IMG/VR virus record: IMGVR_UViG_3300045988_119128
Coordinates: 1-21,658 of that record
Reading direction: 5' to 3' (one strand)
Source of the DNA: a virus
Taxonomy: Duplodnaviria > Heunggongvirae > Uroviricota > Caudoviricetes
Length of the DNA: 21,658 bases
Notes under the pieces: generated by a model
Databases searched by the model: none
The model's input: the letters and a program-made list of their open reading frames with translations, nothing else
What the model was told of the DNA's origin: nothing
Shown here: one piece after another, positions 15,497-21,658 of the stretch
How positions within the stretch are numbered: position 1 is the stretch's first letter
How the letters are laid out: every line of letters starts with the position of its first letter
Made by a program: the position numbers and the translations under genes

Positions 15497-17773
15497 TTAA
15501 TAAAATGTAGTGAATCCACGAAACTCATTTTCAGATGAGTACACAGCTTTATAATTACCATATGAAATCGTGGCCCCGCGCGCCAGCGCCTCAAGCTCCC
15601 ATCGCTGCGGCCTGATACCGTTCTGAGCAAGGTCAACGCGGATACGAGTAATTTGCAATCGTTCCGACCGGGTCAGTCTGGCCGACGGTGCTATTTCATG
15701 TGGTTTTAACGGGCTTCCGTTTCTTTGCTGACGACTTGGCGTTCTCAGCCCGTGTTTTAATGCGCCCCTGAGCGTCCTCACGACCTCCGGGTCATTCCAT
15801 TCGATAACACCGTCATCAACCAGATTTAGCACTGCTGCGGCGTGCTCAGAAGGTGTGGGAGCCAGTAACGAAGGATCACCACCGGTGAGCTTTCCACAGT
15901 TATTGACAGGACTCCGAGGCGCGGCGATGCCGCTTTTTAAAGTCAAAGGCTCCACGACCGGAACTTTCGGCACAATGCGCCAGTCCGTCGTTCTGGTGAT
16001 ATGAATATGACGCGCGCCGAGATGCGGCGCGTAAATGCCGACCACTCTCTCGACTTCTTCCTCGTACTCGTTAACTTCATCCGACGGGCTACGGGCGACT
16101 CTGACAGTCTGGCAATCGCGCGGAACATTTGCCCCACCCTGCGCACTGATATACAACGCAAAATCGCCACTGTCTGCGGCAGCGCGTGCAGCCTCGACGC
16201 GTTCGTCAAACTCATCAGCAATGCTGACGCCGCGAGGCAATTTGCGTAGTTCACGGTAAGCCCCCATTGTCGGCAGACCAACCGTTTTAAATTGCGGGAT
16301 GCGCCACGTTGACGCCCATGCAGTAACAGCCGCGGCAGTATCTTTCAGCGGTCTGCCGGTATCGTTATCGAGCTGCCCATCCAGTGCATAGCCGTCGATA
16401 TTTTTTGAGATGTATTTCGCGATATACCCCGCAGCACCGCCCCGGTTAAGATGTTTTGCCTGAAAACGGTTTCGCGCGGCTCCTCTTTCGTCGCCATCCT
16501 CTTTGAGCGCATAGCGACGCATGATTTCGATAATCTGGTTACGCTGGCGTGGATTACAAAAAAGCATCATATGCCAGTGCGGCGTTCCGTCGTGGTGTGG
16601 CTCGACGACACGCAAACCGTAGGCCTGTAAATCATTATCCTTGAATGCCGTGCGCATCAGGCTCCAGATACGGCAGAGATAACGCTGCGCATCCTTTGGA
16701 TTAAATGCCTTATCGTTCCAGCCGTGATTAAGCTGAACGGTTTTACTTTCGCCTTTTCCGACCTGACGTGTCGGGTGATACTTTGACGGTGCGGTCAGCG
16801 TGATAAACATCCCCACATCACCCTCTGCAGCGGCGTAACGCTCAATACCGGCAATGGTGTTCATCAGCTCCATCCGGCGAATTTCAGGATTAGAAATACT
16901 GCCCATCACCTTACTGATAAGGTCGATGCGCTCGCCGGTTTCCTTATTTTCAAGGTCACACGATTTAAGAAATTCCAGATTTGCCTGGCGGCGTGCACGC
17001 ACATCACGAATGGCATGTTTACTGGCATAAGGAGAACGGTCTTTATTGACCTCCCCGACAGCAATCAGTAACGCCTCATGCCAGCGCATACGCTGGCCTT
17101 TAAGCTGATGAGTCCACCACTCATCGTTAAACAGACGGGCAATGGCAGAATATGCCTGCCTCGTGGTCATCTGCCCTTTACGGTATTTTTTCCAGTAGAG
17201 AGGGGAAATATTGAAAGCTCGTGCAGCGCCAGCAACATGACCATACAGGTGAGCCTGCGCCTCATCCGTAAACAGCGATTCTTTCTCGCCATGCGCATCC
17301 ACCCAGGCATCGCAGAGTTCCTCATACATCATGAAAAGCTGTGATGAGATACGGGCGGCAAACTTTTTCAGCTCCTTGTCATTCATTCCAGGCAAACGCG
17401 CATAATGGTCACGCTCTGCCAGAAACAGCAACGACGCGTCGGTGTTCATTTCATGGCGCTGATTCACACGCTCAATGCGCGGCCATAAACGACGCTGAAA
17501 AGTGGATGTGAGGAAATAAAACCCGTGCACCGGGCTTTTATTGCGCCGGATGTAGTCATAGCGTGAAGTAAACAGCGAGCGCAAAAAATAAGGCAGGCGG
17601 TTAATCGTGGATAAAACACCTTGCACCTGACGCATCTCGTCACGTGTAAGAGGTCTTTCGCGCCCGACAGCCTCGCGTGGCGCGTTCCATGCATAAGCAC
17701 CGGTAAACGTCTTACCGGTGCCTGCGGCAAATGCTGACGGAGGGACAAAACGCCCGGAGGCTTTAACGGCCAT
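15497..17773 (-). CDS. A: Replication initiation endonuclease gpA (rolling-circle Rep)
   Basis: ATG at 17773-17771 gives a protein starting MAVKASGRFVPPSAFAAGTG, the P2 gpA N-terminus; the ORF-track start at 17815 is a TTG. Contains HWH (PHWHMMLF) and tyrosine (AGYIAKYISK) motifs typical of rolling-circle initiators. The last ~23 codons are AT-rich and appear to differ from P2. Confidence 0.9.
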   Translation of the reverse strand: MAVKASGRFVPPSAFAAGTGKTFTGAYAWNAPREAVGRERPLTRDEMRQVQGVLSTINRLPYFLRSLFTSRYDYIRRNKSPVHGFYFLTSTFQRRLWPRIERVNQRHEMNTDASLLFLAERDHYARLPGMNDKELKKFAARISSQLFMMYEELCDAWVDAHGEKESLFTDEAQAHLYGHVAGAARAFNISPLYWKKYRKGQMTTRQAYSAIARLFNDEWWTHQLKGQRMRWHEALLIAVGEVNKDRSPYASKHAIRDVRARRQANLEFLKSCDLENKETGERIDLISKVMGSISNPEIRRMELMNTIAGIERYAAAEGDVGMFITLTAPSKYHPTRQVGKGESKTVQLNHGWNDKAFNPKDAQRYLCRIWSLMRTAFKDNDLQAYGLRVVEPHHDGTPHWHMMLFCNPRQRNQIIEIMRRYALKEDGDERGAARNRFQAKHLNRGGAAGYIAKYISKNIDGYALDGQLDNDTGRPLKDTAAAVTAWASTWRIPQFKTVGLPTMGAYRELRKLPRGVSIADEFDERVEAARAAADSGDFALYISAQGGANVPRDCQTVRVARSPSDEVNEYEEEVERVVGIYAPHLGARHIHITRTTDWRIVPKVPVVEPLTLKSGIAAPRSPVNNCGKLTGGDPSLLAPTPSEHAAAVLNLVDDGVIEWNDPEVVRTLRGALKHGLRTPSRQQRNGSPLKPHEIAPSARLTRSERLQITRIRVDLAQNGIRPQRWELEALARGATISYGNYKAVYSSENEFRGFTTFY

Positions 17774-18038
17774 ATGAGCCAAAAGCCTCTGAACAACGCC
17801 TGCTGAGTTGCTCAACCTGCACGTTTAAATCGGCAAAAGATTTTGCGCTTCCGGTCAGAATATCGTGATGCATCAGGCCGGAAACGAGCTGGCTTAATTT
17901 CGGGTAATAACCAACCACCGCCAGCCATTCCTGACCGGCGTTTTTACCGCTTTCCGCTCTCTTTTTCTCGTGGAGAATAAACTGAAAGCTGTCACTGGTA
18001 ACGACATAACGTTCGCCAATTTCAATACGAATACTCAT
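17763..18038 (-). CDS. Small early-operon protein (P2 orf83 position)
   Basis: 91 aa ORF directly upstream of A, overlapping its start; position matches P2 orf83. Confidence 0.7.
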   Translation of the reverse strand: MSIRIEIGERYVVTSDSFQFILHEKKRAESGKNAGQEWLAVVGYYPKLSQLVSGLMHHDILTGSAKSFADLNVQVEQLSRRCSEAFGSYGR

Positions 18039-18259
18039 GCCGTTCTCCGGTAATGTTTGTTTTTTGCTTCAAAGACTGACTGACAGGAAACACAACGCGT
18101 GGCTGACGGATAAGCCGCACGACGGGCAGCAGGTATTGGCGCATCACACTCTTCGCAAACCAGCGCAGAAGCACCACAATGTTTTACCCTTGCTGCGTTA
18201 ATCTGGCGCTCCAGTAATTCAGCCTGTTGTTCCTGAATAAAATCCACATTGTCCGGCAT
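18035..18259 (-). CDS. DksA/TraR-type C4 zinc-finger protein (P2 orf82 position)
   Basis: 74 aa ORF with CxxC...CxxC (CEECDAPIP...CVSC); overlaps neighbours by 1-4 nt. Confidence 0.75.
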   Translation of the reverse strand: MPDNVDFIQEQQAELLERQINAARVKHCGASALVCEECDAPIPAARRAAYPSATRCVSCQSVFEAKNKHYRRTA

Positions 18260-18564
18260 TACCAGCTCCTTTTGTCGTTCAGTTTCTTAAATTCATCAGC
18301 GCAATAGCTGGCGATTTCTGTCGTTAATTTTGTCAGTTCATCCACGGAGGAAATTTGCTTGTGAAATACAGCGCGTTTAACAAGTAAATTGACCACATCA
18401 GACAGGAGGTTTAATTCACTCTGATAAATCGCGATAACAGATTCAGTTATTTCGCGTTTTTCTTTATCAAGACCAAGTTGAATAAGAGACAAATCGCCAT
18501 TTTTCATAACGACGATTTTTAAGGCATTGTTCAGTAAAACAACTGAACGAGAACAGGACATCAA
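18259..18564 (-). CDS. Small early-operon protein (P2 orf81 position)
   Basis: 101 aa ORF translationally coupled to flanking genes. Confidence 0.7.
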   Translation of the reverse strand: MMSCSRSVVLLNNALKIVVMKNGDLSLIQLGLDKEKREITESVIAIYQSELNLLSDVVNLLVKRAVFHKQISSVDELTKLTTEIASYCADEFKKLNDKRSW

Positions 18565-18785
18565 AGCACCTCCCCGCGAGACAATCCGATGTTGTGAAAT
18601 TTTTCCGACTCCTGACTGAGCAGCTCGACTATCTCCACGCGGGATAACTCCGCCTTTGTGATGTGGCGAATCATGGCGTCAAGATGAGAAGAAAAGCGCG
18701 TCGCAGCGTCGGCCTGTGCTTCGGTTCTGGCCTGTTGCAGCAGTAATGCGTATTTACCGCACTGATTTTCAGAAACTGTATGCAT
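18561..18785 (-). CDS. Small early-operon protein (P2 orf80 position)
   Basis: 74 aa ORF downstream of B in the early operon. Confidence 0.7.
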   Translation of the reverse strand: MHTVSENQCGKYALLLQQARTEAQADAATRFSSHLDAMIRHITKAELSRVEIVELLSQESEKFHNIGLSRGEVL

Positions 18786-18848
18786 GACTTTCTCCAGGCA
18801 AAAAGAAGCCCCGCACGATTAAGTGCGTTAAAAACTCTGGTTAATTAC

Positions 18849-19349
18849 TTAATGCAGATATTGCTCTGGTTTTACCGACGTCAGAATTGTCGGTGCATAC
18901 TCAAACAGACTGAATAATTCACGTAATGCACGGAATAAAGCATCACGCCAGTAACATGATTCTTCATTAATTCGCCAGTATGGCTGGTTAAATTCTTTTT
19001 CTGTCAGTCGTGCGTGCATAAATAAAGTGCGACGCTGACTGACTGTTAAAAAACTAATATATGCATACTCACTTGCGCCAACCTGACGGCGTTTTGAGAA
19101 TGCCCCACGCAATTCATCAATTGCACATACCAGTCGTTCACGTTCGACGTCGTTCATTTCTTCAAAACGCATCGTTGCGTGACGCTGTTTTAACTGAGCA
19201 TGGAAGCAAACCGTTAACCGTTCGCGCTCCATCATCTGATTATAATAATCACATGTATCCTGCCAGCGAGGAACGGCAAGATGCTTACCAATTATCCGGC
19301 GCATAGCTGCTGGCTGTTTTTCAACGAGATTGAGCGTCATCACTGTCAT
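18849..19349 (-). CDS. B: Replication protein gpB (helicase loader-like)
   Basis: 166 aa ORF, same length as P2 gpB; synteny cox-orf78-B. Confidence 0.85.
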   Translation of the reverse strand: MTVMTLNLVEKQPAAMRRIIGKHLAVPRWQDTCDYYNQMMERERLTVCFHAQLKQRHATMRFEEMNDVERERLVCAIDELRGAFSKRRQVGASEYAYISFLTVSQRRTLFMHARLTEKEFNQPYWRINEESCYWRDALFRALRELFSLFEYAPTILTSVKPEQYLH

Positions 19350-19540
19350 TTCCAGACCCTCCGGCTTTTCAGAAAGGTCAGAGCCTTTTTTACCGGACTC
19401 TGTTTTTTGGTGCGGATAATGATTCCCTTACGCCCCTTACCGTGGGTGATGGTGAAGTCAATCGCCCTGGGGCTTTCGTTACGCAATAACTGAGCAATAC
19501 AACGAGGCTCATTCATACGGTTCTCCTTAACGTGGTTCAC
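19346..19540 (-). CDS. Small early protein (P2 orf78 position)
   Basis: 64 aa basic ORF between cox and B; start overlaps the cox stop region. Confidence 0.6.
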   Translation of the reverse strand: MNHVKENRMNEPRCIAQLLRNESPRAIDFTITHGKGRKGIIIRTKKQSPVKKALTFLKSRRVWK

Positions 19541-19802
19541 CGAGACCTAACCACATCAACCAGCCGTCACGAATCTCTTTAGGACGGCTTTCATAAGCCA
19601 GTTTTAGTCCGTTATTCCATGCCGGAAGGTATACCCAATATTCACCAGCACGCCCCGATACTGACTGAGGGTCAGTAATCTCAATAACTGGTAATTTCCC
19701 TTTCTCAATCATGCCCCTTACAGCTCTTGGAGTTTTACCAATGAGTTTTGCAAACTCCTGATAAGGCACGGCATCAGTCACGCTTACAAGCTGTCTATTC
19801 AT
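19527..19802 (-). CDS. cox: Cox excisionase / lytic-switch repressor
   Basis: 91 aa ORF containing DAVPYQEFAKLIGK...GKLPVIEITDP...GRAGEYWVYLPAWNNGLKLAYESRPKEIRDGWLMWLGLGEPR, matching P2 Cox in length and sequence; divergent from C. Confidence 0.9.
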   Translation of the reverse strand: MNRQLVSVTDAVPYQEFAKLIGKTPRAVRGMIEKGKLPVIEITDPQSVSGRAGEYWVYLPAWNNGLKLAYESRPKEIRDGWLMWLGLGEPR

Positions 19803-19923
19803 CTGCTACGATTCTCCCTTAGTGCTTCTAATGGCTCCTAATGGCTAATTATTGCCTAAAAGGATAACTCCAGAAGCACAACATTTCACACTATCAGCAA
19901 GAAATTACGCAATCGGAGTAATT
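19803..19923. promoter_or_regulatory. Lysis-lysogeny switch region (divergent Pe/Pc promoters and C operators)
   Basis: 121-bp gap between divergent cox and C. Two direct repeats CTAATGGCT at 19828-19836 and 19838-19846, one helical turn apart, resembling the direct-repeat operator arrangement bound by P2 C. Confidence 0.5.
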
Positions 19924-20223
19924 ATGTCAATAGACGTTTCGGAGAAGTTGAAGCTAATCCGTGAATCTGAAAGGTTAAACCGTAAAGAATTCAGTGAATT
20001 AACTGGTGTAGCCTACAGCTCACTTTCGAGCTATGAGAGCCGGTCAAAAAACGCTGGAGTTGAAGCCATAATGAAGGTCTTACAACATCCTAGATTTACT
20101 AAATATACTTTGTGGTTCATGACTGATCAGGTAGCTCCAGAAGCCGGGCAAATTGCGCCCGCTCTCGCACACTTTGGGCAAAACGAAACAACGTCGCCCC
20201 ACTCCGGTCAAAAGACTGGTTAA
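19924..20223 (+). CDS. C: Immunity repressor C
   Basis: ATG at 19924 with GGAG Shine-Dalgarno gives 99 aa starting MSIDVSEKLKLIRESERL and ending QIAPALAHFGQNETTSPHSGQKTG, matching P2 C. The ORF-track frame begins earlier at a TTG. Confidence 0.9.
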   Translation: MSIDVSEKLKLIRESERLNRKEFSELTGVAYSSLSSYESRSKNAGVEAIMKVLQHPRFTKYTLWFMTDQVAPEAGQIAPALAHFGQNETTSPHSGQKTG

Positions 20224-20338
20224 CAATTTATCGTGAATATATTCATCACAAGTGCCTACTATTGGTGGCTAAATTTCAGCCACCACGAAAAAAGCGATTA
20301 GTAGTAGCAAAAAAAAGTACCACTCGGAGGGTTTTCTG

Positions 20339-21352
20339 ATGGCAATCAAAAAACTCGATGATGGTCGATATGAAGTGGACATCCGCCCTACTGGACGTAA
20401 TGGAAAACGCATCCGTAGGAAGTTTGATAAGAAAAGCGAAGCTGTCGCTTTCGAAAAATACACGTTGTACAACCACCACAATAAAGAATGGCTATCAAAA
20501 CCAACAGACAAACGACGTCTGTCGGAACTGACACAGATCTGGTGGGATTTAAAGGGTAAACACGAAGAGCATGGGAAATCTAATCTTGGAAAAATTGAAA
20601 TCTTCACAAAAATAACGAATGACCCATGCGCATTTCAAATCACGAAATCCCTTATCAGCCAGTACTGCGCCACCCGAAGAAGTCAGGGTATTAAACCTTC
20701 GAGTATCAATCGTGATTTAACATGTATTAGCGGCATGTTTACAGCCCTGATTGAAGCGGAGTTATTCTTTGGTGAGCACCCTATCAGAGGGACAAAGAGG
20801 CTTAAGGAGGAAAAACCAGAAACAGGCTATCTCACACAGGAAGAAATTGCCTTACTGCTTGCAGCACTTGACGGCGACAATAAAAAGATTGCGATTCTTT
20901 GCCTGAGTACAGGAGCACGTTGGGGAGAAGCAGCTCGTTTGAAAGCAGAAAATATCATCCATAACCGCGTCACGTTTGTTAAAACGAAAACAAACAAACC
21001 ACGCACCGTCCCGATCTCAGAGGCTGTTGCCAAAATGATCGCGGATAACAAACGAGGTTTTTTATTCCCTGATGCTGATTACCCTCGCTTCAGACGAACA
21101 ATGAAAGCAATAAAACCGGATTTGCCAACGGGGCAAGCCACACATGCACTAAGGCACAGCTTTGCCACTCATTTCATGATTAATGGAGGAAGTATTATCA
21201 CGCTACAACGGATACTAGGTCACACGCGGATTGAGCAAACTATGGTTTACGCTCATTTTGCGCCAGAGTACCTTCAGGACGCCATTTCTCTTAATCCGCT
21301 AAGAGGTGGTACTGAGGCCGAGAGTGTCCACACAGTGTCCACAGTAGAGTAA
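20339..21352 (+). CDS. int: Tyrosine integrase (P2 Int family)
   Basis: 337 aa ORF, same length as P2 Int; GGAGG Shine-Dalgarno 8 nt upstream; C-terminal catalytic region with R...HxxR...Y-type motifs (ALRHSFATHF...MVYAHF). Confidence 0.92.
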   Translation: MAIKKLDDGRYEVDIRPTGRNGKRIRRKFDKKSEAVAFEKYTLYNHHNKEWLSKPTDKRRLSELTQIWWDLKGKHEEHGKSNLGKIEIFTKITNDPCAFQITKSLISQYCATRRSQGIKPSSINRDLTCISGMFTALIEAELFFGEHPIRGTKRLKEEKPETGYLTQEEIALLLAALDGDNKKIAILCLSTGARWGEAARLKAENIIHNRVTFVKTKTNKPRTVPISEAVAKMIADNKRGFLFPDADYPRFRRTMKAIKPDLPTGQATHALRHSFATHFMINGGSIITLQRILGHTRIEQTMVYAHFAPEYLQDAISLNPLRGGTEAESVHTVSTVE

Positions 21353-21431
21353 CGTTTAAGGGCTTTCAGTGGTAATTTATGCCGCTCAAACCCGCATTGT
21401 ACCGTTGAAAGCCCCTACTGGTGACACCCTA

Positions 21432-21458
21432 AATATCCCTTACACGGGCTTATTTTTT
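21432..21458. other. att core-like sequence (prophage-host junction)
   Basis: AATATCCCTTACACGGGCTTATTTTTT is, by my recollection, the reverse complement of the 27-bp P2 attP core with one mismatch. It lies about 80 bp beyond the int stop, and sequence to its right has no phage gene. Confidence 0.55.
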
Positions 21459-21658
21459 ATGTATAAGCCGTATCCTGGTAACCGTCTTCCATTGACCACA
21501 TCGAAAGAATCTCCCTTCATAGCACGATGCCTTTCACTTATTGGCATCGTGCTCGCACAGGTTCCGGTTACGCACAGCCAGAACGCGCATGTTTGATGCT
21601 TACTAAAAAATATTCTCACTCTCCACATTTGAATGTCAGACGAGCGACGCCATGTAAT

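Larger units (their letters stand above)
1..21458. mobile_element. P2-like temperate phage prophage (partial at left edge; right boundary at att core)
   Basis: Complete P2 gene order and matching protein lengths from tail fibre H through integrase; cos cohesive-end sequence internal at 13433-13451; att-core-like sequence at 21432-21458. Confidence 0.9.

Noticed and set aside
21369-21628. Two small ORFs (75 and 62 aa) beyond the att core
   Set aside because: Short, overlapping on opposite strands, no recognisable motifs; probably non-coding host flank or gene fragments that cannot be identified without a search.
21400-21658. tRNA or tmRNA gene as integration target
   Set aside because: No cloverleaf-compatible sequence or CCA-proximal acceptor stem recognised at or next to the core.
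1-21658. CRISPR array
   Set aside because: No regularly spaced direct repeats with unique spacers anywhere in the window.

Overview
The window is a nearly complete P2-like (Peduovirus-type) prophage, in reverse orientation relative to the usual P2 map. Left to right: tail fibre H (5' part only, runs off the left edge), baseplate I/J/W/V, an AT-rich membrane-protein moron at the orf30 position, tail completion S/R, lysis cassette (lysC nested in lysB, lysA, endolysin K, holin Y), X, L, terminase small subunit M, capsid N, scaffold O, a divergent late-promoter gap, terminase large subunit P, portal Q, the cos site, an AT-rich cargo island, the early operon (A, four small ORFs, B, orf78, cox), repressor C, integrase, and an att-core-like sequence followed by about 200 bp of probable host DNA. 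Gene identities rest on protein lengths, synteny and N/C-terminal sequences recalled from P2; no database search was possible. The most interesting element is the ~2.1 kb AT-rich island between cos and the 3' end of gene A, the slot that holds tin/old in P2 and is known as an exchangeable anti-phage defence hotspot. It carries a two-gene operon: a membrane-anchored receiver-domain protein followed by a soluble histidine-kinase-like ATPase, with no DNA-binding output domain. I propose this as a candidate two-component-like defence or abortive-infection module; this is inference, not a database hit. No rRNA, tRNA or CRISPR array was seen.
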